From a virus: a DNA stretch of 64,000 nt. Below the pieces are notes generated by a model. The model made no database searches and was not told the DNA's origin. It saw only the letters and a program-made list of their open reading frames with translations. The translations under genes were made by a program, and so were the position numbers. Positions 48,817 through 57,653 of the stretch are shown here, one piece after another. Where the stretch lies: positions 87,330-151,329 of IMG/VR virus record IMGVR_UViG_3300025138_000014. One strand, given 5' to 3'. The number at the start of each line of letters is the position of its first letter. Position 1 is the stretch's first letter.

Positions 48817-49404
48817 ATGGCAGAGATAGAATACGGAGGCATAAAACTAGGTGGCTCAAAACTTTTACTGGTTATTCCTTTACTTGGAACAATCGGTGGC
48901 GCATTATGGGGAGGCTTTGAATTTTACAAAGACTATGTAGATATGAAAGAGCAAATACAAAGTTATACTGCTCCTGACTTATCTGGTTTTGATAAGAAAC
49001 TAGCATTACTTGAAGAGGAAATGGTTACAACTAGAATAGTAGTGCAGGCTTTTAAAGATGAAATTATTATTATTCGTGATAGCATTATAGACACTCAAGA
49101 TAACTTCAGAGACACTAAACACGACTTGCGTGGAGAAATAGTCCGTACTGAAAAACTACTTGAAAAAGTGGAAACAGATATTAATGAAGTTGAAGATGAA
49201 GTAAGGGTAATGATTGATGAGGGAGAAGTGGAACAAGATAAATTAAAAGTTGATGTGCGCGTGATGATTGAAGATGCTAATAACAGATTTAATGATAAAG
49301 TAACAGGTCTTGAAGGTTATGTAAAACGTGAATTACAGTCACTTGATGATGAACTAAATAGTTTGATAACAAAAGCACTGGATAATCCATTAGCTAATAG
49401 GTAG
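48817..49404 (+). CDS. single-TM coiled-coil protein
   Basis: LLLVIPLLGTIGGALWGGF then long heptad region, ends ALDNPLAN. Confidence 0.8.
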   Translation: MAEIEYGGIKLGGSKLLLVIPLLGTIGGALWGGFEFYKDYVDMKEQIQSYTAPDLSGFDKKLALLEEEMVTTRIVVQAFKDEIIIIRDSIIDTQDNFRDTKHDLRGEIVRTEKLLEKVETDINEVEDEVRVMIDEGEVEQDKLKVDVRVMIEDANNRFNDKVTGLEGYVKRELQSLDDELNSLITKALDNPLANR

Positions 49405-49407
49405 CTG

Positions 49408-49436
49408 TTTACATCTGGGTTGTTATGTGATATAAT
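49408..49436 (+). promoter_or_regulatory. early promoter
   Basis: TTTACA-17-TATAAT. Confidence 0.75.
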
Positions 49437-49459
49437 TAAGATTGATTGAAAGGAATATT

Positions 49460-50110
49460 ATGAAAGCATATGTGATTACAATATTGGACAACCCAGATTC
49501 AGTTAAGGCATCTGAAGGATGTATCGAATCATTTAAAAGAAATAACCCTGGTCTTGAGATAGCTCAATGGGAAGCTAAAACTCCCGACAAAGATGACATC
49601 TATGAGATTGCTAGGGCTCAGAGTATTCCAGTATCAAAATTTGAAGAAGTGTATTCTCGGTTTGACCGTTGTCTTGCTGCTTTCCTATCTCATTATTCTA
49701 TATGGGACTTTGTAGCAAATCATACAAAAGAAAATACTTTAATATTTGAGCATGATGCTTATGTTACAAATAAGATTCCTCGGATTCATTTTAATAGCAT
49801 TATTAATTTAGGTAAGCCATCGTACGGTAAGTTTAACACTCCTGGTATGGGAGTTGGTCCGATGTTTTCTAAAAGATATTTACCAGGTGCACATGCTTAT
49901 GCTATATCTCCAAAGGGTGCTAAAAACTTAGTGAAGCTGGCTAAAACAGAAGCTGGTCCAACCGATATTTTTATCAACAATATTAGATTTCCTTCACTAC
50001 AAGAATACTATCCATGGCCAGTTGAGTGTCGTGATACATTTACTACAATACAACAAGAGGCTGGGTGTTTAGCTAAACATAACTATGGAGATGACTATGG
50101 AATCATCTAA
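49460..50110 (+). CDS. GT25-like glycosyltransferase
   Basis: AAFLSHYSIW, FEHDA, GAHAYAISP.GA..L, PTD. Confidence 0.8.
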   Translation: MKAYVITILDNPDSVKASEGCIESFKRNNPGLEIAQWEAKTPDKDDIYEIARAQSIPVSKFEEVYSRFDRCLAAFLSHYSIWDFVANHTKENTLIFEHDAYVTNKIPRIHFNSIINLGKPSYGKFNTPGMGVGPMFSKRYLPGAHAYAISPKGAKNLVKLAKTEAGPTDIFINNIRFPSLQEYYPWPVECRDTFTTIQQEAGCLAKHNYGDDYGII

Positions 50111-50696
50111 ATTATTTATCACAGGGTGTGATAAGAAAACACGATGGATGCTACCGTGGTTTGAAAGCAACTTCTATAAACATAATCCAGATGCTAAACT
50201 GCACGTCTTTGACTTTGATAAGGGCAATGGTTGGTTTCAGAAGCCTAGTGTAATGATACAGGCATCTCGTTGGTCTAAAGGCGTGTGTTGGTTAGATACT
50301 GACTGTGAAGTCCGGGGCAATTTAGACCCTCTTTGGAATCATGTTGTAGTAAACAAGATTAGCATGGCTATAGATAAACCATGGTCTAAAAGAAGGCCAG
50401 ATAGAGGTAACTGGTATAATTCTGGAGTTGTAGCTTTTGGTGGAATTCCACCTGTTCTTTCCGAATGGGCTAGATATATCAAAGAAGGTCTTACAAATGA
50501 AGTTGGCGATCAAGAGGTTTTAAACTGGATGCTTGGTGGTGATGCATTAAGAGAAATGACTCATATCCATAGGCTACCTCATAAGTTTAATACACTAAGA
50601 ATTGACCTAATAGATAATACTGAACCAAAGAATATACAAGTTATGCACTGGACTGGTCACAAAGGTAAAATGGAAATAATGGAACAAATGAAATGA
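50097..50696 (+). CDS. GT-A nucleotide-diphospho-sugar transferase
   Basis: WFQKP, WLDTDC, NSGVV, DQEVLN, HWTG. Confidence 0.78.
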   Translation: MESSKLFITGCDKKTRWMLPWFESNFYKHNPDAKLHVFDFDKGNGWFQKPSVMIQASRWSKGVCWLDTDCEVRGNLDPLWNHVVVNKISMAIDKPWSKRRPDRGNWYNSGVVAFGGIPPVLSEWARYIKEGLTNEVGDQEVLNWMLGGDALREMTHIHRLPHKFNTLRIDLIDNTEPKNIQVMHWTGHKGKMEIMEQMK

Positions 50697-50884
50697 TGAC
50701 AATAGAGGATCTTTCAACGGTCTTGGCAGATCGGGAAAAGAATTGGCACACCGTATTAAATGAGAATACTATAATTATCCCAGACGATTGTATGAATCAA
50801 ATGGGCTGGGATTTTGGAGATGAACTTATTGCTTCGGTGAATGACGGTTGTCTGCATTTAACAAAAAAAGTAAAAGGTAAATAG
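50693..50884 (+). CDS. AbrB-like small protein
   Basis: IIIPDD...GW..GDEL. Confidence 0.55.
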   Translation: MMTIEDLSTVLADREKNWHTVLNENTIIIPDDCMNQMGWDFGDELIASVNDGCLHLTKKVKGK

Positions 50885-50887
50885 ATA

Positions 50888-51484
50888 ATGGTCGATCGTG
50901 TGAATGTTATTGGTAATGGTAAATCTGCTATGATGTTTGACCAGGACAACCCTGGCTTGAATATAGTATGTAATCTACCGCCCATACAAATGAAGAAAGT
51001 ATATGCATCTGTTATGGTTGACTTTAAGATGATGAGAGCAATCGCAGAAGGTAGTGTACAGGTACCATTTATGTGGGTTCTTGGAGCAAGACCAAAGCTA
51101 TTTACTGAACAACAAAGTGGGTTCTTTATTCAATATGCAAAACAAATTAGAGAATTTCATCTTGACTTACCTAAGTATGTAGCAAACTACACTGATTTTA
51201 ATTGTGGCCATATGGCTACACATTATGGACTTAAAAAGTTTGCGCCAGAAGAAATGCACTTATATGGATTTAATTCTATGTTTGACTTTGATCTAACCTC
51301 AAGCACAGATATGTTTCTTGAGTCGGATCGTGGAGCCGTAAATAACACACGGCTTACTAACAACTGGCGTAATATCTGGCCACAGTTGTTTTCTGAGTTT
51401 CCCGATACACTATTTCATCTATATCATAAACATAAGAACATCAAGTTCAATCTCCCAGATAATGTGGTAATTATCACTAAATAA
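50888..51484 (+). CDS. Rossmann-like sugar-transferase-related protein
   Basis: VIGNGKS, CN, D..M, NCG..A, LYGF. Confidence 0.5.
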   Translation: MVDRVNVIGNGKSAMMFDQDNPGLNIVCNLPPIQMKKVYASVMVDFKMMRAIAEGSVQVPFMWVLGARPKLFTEQQSGFFIQYAKQIREFHLDLPKYVANYTDFNCGHMATHYGLKKFAPEEMHLYGFNSMFDFDLTSSTDMFLESDRGAVNNTRLTNNWRNIWPQLFSEFPDTLFHLYHKHKNIKFNLPDNVVIITK

Positions 51485-51643
51485 CACTTTACACCTCTAT
51501 AGTTTTATATTATAATAAATAAACTATAAGGGAGACTATTATGCCTTACGATAAGCCTATGGGTTATGATGATCCGTGTGACGATTGGTCCAAAGTGGCC
51601 TCCGAAGTTGTAGAGTATTTGAAAAAGAAAATGAGAGACAGTG

Positions 51644-52006
51644 ATGAACTTAGACAACGTGACGCAAGAGATATTAAGTAAAAACAAAAATATGTATGTG
51701 CCATACTATCTTATGGCTGCTTATGCTTACTATGAAGAGGATAATCCAATTCTCTCAGATCATCTATTTGATAGTATGGCAAAATCTATGCTGTACTATT
51801 GGGATGATATAGAACACCATCATAAACATTTATTAAATAAAGATGACCTCAACGCAGGGTCTTATCTTGGTACATATCCAGAACGTGTCAAAGGCGGCTT
51901 AGAAGCCCTCAGGAGCAAATACTATGACAAACCCCAAAGAAAAGTCAAAGCCAAAAAAGTCAAGTCAGTCCCAGCCGAAGCCAGTCTTGAAAACTTCTTC
52001 GGATAA
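51644..52006 (+). CDS. stand-alone NAD+-ligase subdomain Ia-like protein
   Basis: YAYYEEDNPILSDHLFD resembles LigA Y.YY..D.P.ISD.EYD; ends ASLENFFG. Confidence 0.65.
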   Translation: MNLDNVTQEILSKNKNMYVPYYLMAAYAYYEEDNPILSDHLFDSMAKSMLYYWDDIEHHHKHLLNKDDLNAGSYLGTYPERVKGGLEALRSKYYDKPQRKVKAKKVKSVPAEASLENFFG

Positions 52007-52141
52007 ACGAGAGGGTTATTATGACTATATGTTAAGACGCATTAGTGAAGAAAATATTAAAAAAAAGTAACATTAGGTGTTTACATACCCTGACAGTTTA
52101 GATATAGTAATTATAGAAACTTTAAACAGGAGACCTTCTAA

Positions 52142-52392
52142 TGGCATATTGGACTCACGCAGAAAATCAAGTCGGTGTATTTACCGAGTGCGAAACTGGT
52201 AACCACTTCGAGTTTAGCCCGAACAACGACGGCAATTTCTTCGGTAATGACTTTGCTCATATCGTATGGGTTCTCAACGGTTACCGATATGCCAACGTAA
52301 AGAAAACAGTTCTTGAAATCTGCATCGACGAAGATGAGGATGGTCCAGTTGTACAAAAGTGGCATATAAGGAATAAAAGAGATTATAAATGA
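52142..52392 (+). CDS. early hypothetical protein
   Basis: Promoter 52080-52108, GGAG SD; RYANVKKTV..I.IDED. Confidence 0.7.
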
Positions 52393-53591
52393 ATATTAGT
52401 ATTACCACCCATCCCACAGGCAGAAGTCCAGAAAACAAATGGTTCTTTGGAGAACGGACTTCAGCTTTGGACCTTACTCGTCCAAAGTATAATAAGATAG
52501 GCAGAGAACAAGACTTTCAATGGTTCTATGCGCAAATGCAAGATGTAGATTACGAACATAATCTTGTGTTCTATACTTGTGGGAAGTGTTTTAGAGTAGA
52601 AACAACTGACGTCAGGCATGCACAGTTCGTGCGCAATATGTTTACTGTAGTTGATAATCCACATGATCATTGTGCTGACTGGGTGATATTTCATAGCCCT
52701 ACATCATCGACAGAGCCTAAGATATATGTACACTTAGATGATCACGTAATGCTTATTGCAGGTACAACATTCCTAGGCGAGATTAAAAAGGGCGTGTTTG
52801 GTATTCTAAGTTTTGAACTACCTACACTAGACGCACTGCCTATGCACTGTAGTGCATTTACATATCAACATAATGGCGGCCCTAAAACCAATCTAATGTT
52901 TGGACTTAGCGGCACAGGCAAGACTACACTAAGTAGTGATCCAGAGTATAGGCTTATCAGCGATGATGAAGTTGCTTGGACGTCGGATAGTGTACAGATG
53001 ATTGAAACGGGATGTTATGCAAAGAGTGAAGGACTTAGTGTAGAGACACATCCTACTATTTTTAATGCGGTTGAGTTGGCCAGAAGCCAAGATAGATTAG
53101 TTGAAGAGAATCCTGGTGCTTCTAATGCTAGATTAAGTTATCCACTGAGTACAGTTGAAAATGCATATGATTATGATGATAACCTAAGACACCCTCATAA
53201 CATTTTCTTTCTCACGATGGACGCTAAAGGTTTATTTCCACCAGTGAGTAAAATTACTGGAGAAACCATAAAGCGGTTCTTTGAAACGGGCTACACTAGC
53301 CAGATGCCGGGTACTGAAGCAGGTGATAATCAGATTAAACCACTGTTCAGTCCATGCTATGGCTCTCCATTTATGCCTCTTGACATAAGTGTTTATAGTG
53401 ATATGCTTATGGAGATGATTAGAATACATAAAGTAAATGTTTACTTAATAAACACAGGTATGGATAGTGATGGAGTGCGTTATTCACTAGACTTTACCAG
53501 GGAATGTGTTAAACTAGCAATACAGAAAGGCGCACCTGATAATAGTGATGTCTGCTTAAACATATTAGAGGAACTGATCAATGGATCTTAA
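52389..53591 (+). CDS. pckA: phosphoenolpyruvate carboxykinase (ATP), compact form
   Basis: TGRSP, GEIKKG, PMHCSA, FGLSGTGKTTLS, DDE, GCYAK, GYTS, FSPCYG.PF, YLINTG. Confidence 0.93.
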   Translation: MNISITTHPTGRSPENKWFFGERTSALDLTRPKYNKIGREQDFQWFYAQMQDVDYEHNLVFYTCGKCFRVETTDVRHAQFVRNMFTVVDNPHDHCADWVIFHSPTSSTEPKIYVHLDDHVMLIAGTTFLGEIKKGVFGILSFELPTLDALPMHCSAFTYQHNGGPKTNLMFGLSGTGKTTLSSDPEYRLISDDEVAWTSDSVQMIETGCYAKSEGLSVETHPTIFNAVELARSQDRLVEENPGASNARLSYPLSTVENAYDYDDNLRHPHNIFFLTMDAKGLFPPVSKITGETIKRFFETGYTSQMPGTEAGDNQIKPLFSPCYGSPFMPLDISVYSDMLMEMIRIHKVNVYLINTGMDSDGVRYSLDFTRECVKLAIQKGAPDNSDVCLNILEELINGS

Positions 53592-55134
53592 TATCGCACT
53601 TGGAAACCTAGTAGAAATTGTAGTTTTAATTACTGTCTTTGGAATATTCGGCATAGTATTTGCGGAAATGATGTCACTAGCAGATAAATCAACTAGGTAT
53701 GAATATGAAGATGAAGATGATGATCTGTTTGAAGACGACGAGTTTACCGAAATGGATCAAGAAGATGAAGATGAATTAAAAATGCATTTTAATTGAAATT
53801 AGGGGTTTACATACTATATTGGACAAGTTATAGTAAATATAGAAACAGAAACTAGGAGAAATAAGATGCATAAGAAAAATGATTATAAGTTTGAAACTCT
53901 TTGCGCCGCAACAAAGTTTGCAGATGCAGAAAAAGTATCATATGATCCTTCATGCGATGTTTATGTAACCGGTCCGTTTTTAGTAGATGAAGCAAGAACC
54001 TTTAAAGATATGGACTGGGTAGTACCTGCAGATCCATACTGGCAAGTAGGTGTGGAGATTTATCGGTAATGTATAAGATAACATCACATCTATTCACCCA
54101 AGCGTTGCAGGCCCAACAGGCTAAACTGTATGGGCGCAATACTGAAGCTGAACAAAAGGCTATGCCTACACGACCCGCAAGACCCGGTATCGATCTTAAA
54201 CTATCCAAAGAAGCAAAAAGATTGATAAAAATGCAAAAAAGTGGCGATTAACTCTTTACAGTACTATTTGTCTATGATATAAAAGATATAACAGAAGCAA
54301 AGAAGAAAGAGAGAATAAAATGAAAACTAAACTTCCCTCATCAGTAACCGGTATCGGTACTTGGAATGATTATGTAAATAATGCCTCTTCAAATGTTTCA
54401 GCCCGCTTTCAGTTTGAGCGTGTTAAGCAAGCAGGTGAGTGGTCTTATGATACTCCAATTTGGGATATTAAGTATACAGAAGATGGGTATCATTATCACG
54501 ATGTAGGTTGTGTCACAGCCTTTCCCGGAGACGGTGTTCAAGCTACCATTTGGAATAATGATACAATATCAGGTTCTGATCCATTCGAAGTATTTGAGAA
54601 AGCAGTCTCAGTTGCAAAGGATGACTTTGATCTTGAAGCATGGTATCATCGTCATGATACAGAAGAGGTATTTGCATAATGGAAGTTCAAGAAGTATTCG
54701 TGATGTTCCGTGGTCCAATGACTGAAGATTGCTATAGAATGTGCGATGTGCGTAGTATGCATCTGGAGAAAACTGAAGATGGAATTATGCGACCACACGC
54801 AATAGTTAAGAGTCCATTCGGGACAGCTAAAATACACGGTGAAACATACAATGCCAAGTTTATAAATGAACAATGGTTTGTTTATTTGGATTAAAAAAAG
54901 ACTGTACAAACGTATCTAAATGTGTTACTATGTAAATAAGAGTTAAAAGGAATAACAATGAGCCAACCAGACGTAAGATTTACACACAATCAGACACTTA
55001 CTTTGATTGAATGTGAATGTGAAAAAGCATATCAGCATGGACTTCATAAAGTCTGGCTGAAACCTAATGATGATTACGATGGTATGCAGATTGTTGATTA
55101 TGGCGGACCAAGGTTGGGTCTTAAAGAGGAGTAA
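53581..55134 (+). CDS. run of small hypothetical ORFs (53581-53796, 53866-54069, 54069-54251, 54320-54679, 54679-54894, 54958-55134)
   Basis: SDs and promoters at 53806, 54255, 54903. Confidence 0.6.
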
Positions 55135-55215
55135 ACTGCAAGTTACACCTCACGTGGTTGCAGCCACGTCTGATAAGATTAGGGTTCAATTCCCTATCCG
55201 TTCCACCAGAATTTA

Positions 55216-55292
55216 GGTTCCTTAGCTCAGCAGGATAGAGCAAGTGCCTTCTAAGCACTAGGTCAGAGGTTCGAATCCTCTAGGGACTACCA
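55216..55292 (+). tRNA. tRNA-Arg(TCT)
   Basis: GGTTCCT/AGGGACT acceptor, AGTGC-CTTCTAA-GCACT anticodon arm, GGTTCGAATCC, encoded CCA. Confidence 0.95.
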
Positions 55293-55328
55293 AAATTACC
55301 ACTACGATAACTTTAACCCTACAAACAA

Positions 55329-55541
55329 ATGGAGATTATAATGGGTTTAGAATTTGCAATCGTACTAATTAGCGGACTGTTTCTTGAAGACAACCGTGAC
55401 TTCTTTGAAGCTAGTGAGAAGAATACTGGCGAATGGGAATATGTAGGAGCACAAGCACCTCCTGCTAATATGGTCTCAATCACTTCAGTTAACCCTGACA
55501 CTGGCAAAGAATATGTTTACTTTGTCCGTAAGTCGAATTAA
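55329..55541 (+). CDS. small hypothetical protein
   Basis: GGAG SD (likely ATG 55341), N-terminal hydrophobic stretch. Confidence 0.6.
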   Translation: MEIIMGLEFAIVLISGLFLEDNRDFFEASEKNTGEWEYVGAQAPPANMVSITSVNPDTGKEYVYFVRKSN

Positions 55542-55546
55542 TAGGA

Positions 55547-55700
55547 ATTCCCTTTCGAAGAAAGGGATGTAATCTTATCTTCCGATTGTACACGGTTTAG
55601 ATAAGTGGGTATATCATCTGGTACCGACGGAAACCCAGGCGCTTCTATTGGCGGTATAATAGATAAGGGGAGGGGCGAGCTGCAGCAAACCCCTCCCACG
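55547..55700 (+). ncRNA. putative structured ncRNA, family unknown
   Basis: GC-rich intergenic stretch with five successive hairpins. Confidence 0.45.
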
Positions 55701-55716
55701 ACTATATCATTACTTG

Positions 55717-55724
55717 TATAAATA
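55717..55724 (+). promoter_or_regulatory. T4-type late promoter
   Basis: TATAAATA. Confidence 0.72.
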
Positions 55725-55741
55725 ACAGAAAGGAGATAACA

Positions 55742-55948
55742 ATGGTTCATGCTTTTCTGTTAATGCTTTGGCTAGATGATGAGTTAGTTTCCAATAATAT
55801 GTATTTCTTTGATGTTAAACGGTGCAATTATTTTGCTAAAGAATTAGAAAACCAATATGGTAATAGTAAGAAATATAATCAACATAATACGGTTATATAT
55901 TGCTTACCAAAACTGGTTAACTCTAAAGAGGTTACGATTTATCCATGA
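55742..55948 (+). CDS. small hypothetical protein
   Basis: AGGAG SD; C..FA, YCLP. Confidence 0.65.
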   Translation: MVHAFLLMLWLDDELVSNNMYFFDVKRCNYFAKELENQYGNSKKYNQHNTVIYCLPKLVNSKEVTIYP

Positions 55949-56235
55949 AACTACCACTAACTGTTACAGATGACGCCAGAGAATATTTGGCAAGCGTAGG
56001 CAAACCTAATGTGTCACTAGCTGTAAAAGGCGGTGGCTGTGCTGGTTTTCAATACGAATGGGGTGTAACAGATAAAGACCCCACAGTTGATAATTTATGG
56101 CTTGATCCAATGGCCGAGATGTTTGTCTTTGGTTGTACAGTAGATTATGTAAAGGAACTAGGTGGTTCCTATCTAAAAGTAATCAATCCAAACTCAACAG
56201 CAAACTGTGGCTGTGGAGAAAGTTTTGGAGTTTAA
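55945..56235 (+). CDS. HesB/IscA Fe-S cluster assembly protein
   Basis: GGGCAGFQY, VDY, NPN, CGCGESF. Confidence 0.93.
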   Translation: MKLPLTVTDDAREYLASVGKPNVSLAVKGGGCAGFQYEWGVTDKDPTVDNLWLDPMAEMFVFGCTVDYVKELGGSYLKVINPNSTANCGCGESFGV

Positions 56236-56247
56236 AGGGAGATTAAC

Positions 56248-56460
56248 ATGGCTTGGGTAAACATTACTAATAATACTGGATACCAATACAATAACGCACC
56301 AACAGAACCAGGAGCCACTACGGCTGCTCATAAACTTTGGTCACTAGGAACATCTGGTATCCGTACAAACGGTAGTAGTAAGGTTTATACAAACGTGCGT
56401 AAAGCTGGGACAACAAAAGATATTGGTGAAATGAGCAAAACCTTTTGGGATAACGGCTAA
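56248..56460 (+). CDS. small hypothetical protein
   Basis: GGAG SD. Confidence 0.6.
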   Translation: MAWVNITNNTGYQYNNAPTEPGATTAAHKLWSLGTSGIRTNGSSKVYTNVRKAGTTKDIGEMSKTFWDNG

Positions 56461-56464
56461 ATAA

Positions 56465-56764
56465 GACTGTAACGTTGAAGCGATTTGACGACTGAACTGG
56501 ACCTGGGGGCGGTACCCAGCAGCTCCACCATAAGGGCACCAAGATCAGCTTGGTACTCGATGCATAGAGAACGCCTCCACTGGTGTCCTTTTGATGGGGC
56601 TGAAATAGGATCGACAGGCAGGATAGATGAGTGGAGTTACCCCGATGTAAGCTGGGTGAACGCGAACAAAACTACAAGTGCAAACACTAACAGTGCACCT
56701 TCTGATTACGCCCTAGCGGCCTAATTAAGGGGGTTGGTGACTTACCTAGCAACAGAAAAGTCAC
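56465..56764 (+). ncRNA. ssrA: permuted (two-piece) tmRNA, alphaproteobacterial type; tag ANTNSAPSDYALAA
   Basis: 3' acceptor GACCTGGGGGCGGTACCCAGCAGCTCCACCA ends 56530; hairpin spacer 56531-56595; GGGGCTGAAATAGGATCGAC starts 56596; tag codons 56680-56724; outer boundaries approximate. Confidence 0.92.
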
Positions 56765-56783
56765 GCTAATAACGGAGATAAAG

Positions 56784-57188
56784 ATGCTATCATTTAAGAA
56801 CTATCTGGCTGAAGATACAAGCTGTGATCTAATAGGTCTACAGAAGATTAAGGCTTTTGAGAAGTTTGTCGATAAGATGTTTAAGAGGTATGATATTGAC
56901 TTCAACTTCACGAGACATTTTGGAGACCGTATGAGTGATAAGAGGAACACACCTTGTATCACCATGAAAGAGTTAGCCAATTTTATCCAAAAGATATATA
57001 AGAATGCAGGCAAATCACTCAAAGCTGAGAAGGGTGCCGAAGCAGTTATTAAAGATATGCAGTCAGACTTAAACATACCTATTGCGGTTAAATACGATCA
57101 ACGTAAAGATGAGTTTGATGTAGTAATGAAAACAATAATGCGTAAGAAGAATTTTAAAACCCCTAACAAATTAATTACTTACAAATAA
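56784..57188 (+). CDS. putative internal virion protein
   Basis: N-terminus MLSFKNYLAE; HFGDRM, KTIMRK. Confidence 0.65.
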   Translation: MLSFKNYLAEDTSCDLIGLQKIKAFEKFVDKMFKRYDIDFNFTRHFGDRMSDKRNTPCITMKELANFIQKIYKNAGKSLKAEKGAEAVIKDMQSDLNIPIAVKYDQRKDEFDVVMKTIMRKKNFKTPNKLITYK

Positions 57189-57199
57189 AGGAGCCCAAT

Positions 57200-57652
57200 A
57201 TGGGATTTAAACTATCAAGCAGATCATTAGGCAAACTTGAAGGAGTTAATGACCAGATGATTGCTGTAGTGCATGGTGCAATTAAAGCAACAAAGATTGA
57301 TTTTGGTGTGACATATGGTATGCGTACAGTGGAAGAGCAAGAGAAGTTAGTAGCAGCTGGTCGTAGTCAGACCATGAAATCAAAGCACCTTACTGGGCAT
57401 GCGGTTGATCTTATGGCTTATGTAGATGGTAAAGGCTGTTGGGAATTAAACGTGTATGATGATTTAGCTGATGCTATGGCTGAATCTGCACGAGCAGAAG
57501 GTGTTGCCGTTAAGTGGGGAGCAGCTTGGAGTGAGGGTGATATTAGAGATTATTCTGGTACTGCCGAAGATGCCATGATGGCTTATATTGATTTGAGAAG
57601 GAGTCAAGGACGGAGACCATTCATTGATGGGCCGCACTTTGAACTAATGTAA
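57200..57652 (+). CDS. M15-family peptidoglycan peptidase (endolysin)
   Basis: LEGV, G.RT.EEQ, SKHLTGHAVD, WG..W, DGPHFEL. Confidence 0.92.
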   Translation: MGFKLSSRSLGKLEGVNDQMIAVVHGAIKATKIDFGVTYGMRTVEEQEKLVAAGRSQTMKSKHLTGHAVDLMAYVDGKGCWELNVYDDLADAMAESARAEGVAVKWGAAWSEGDIRDYSGTAEDAMMAYIDLRRSQGRRPFIDGPHFELM

Positions 57653-57653
57653 T

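Noticed and set aside
56485-56724. 79-aa ORF ending ...SDYALAA
   Set aside because: It is the tmRNA gene read through; only the tag portion is translated.
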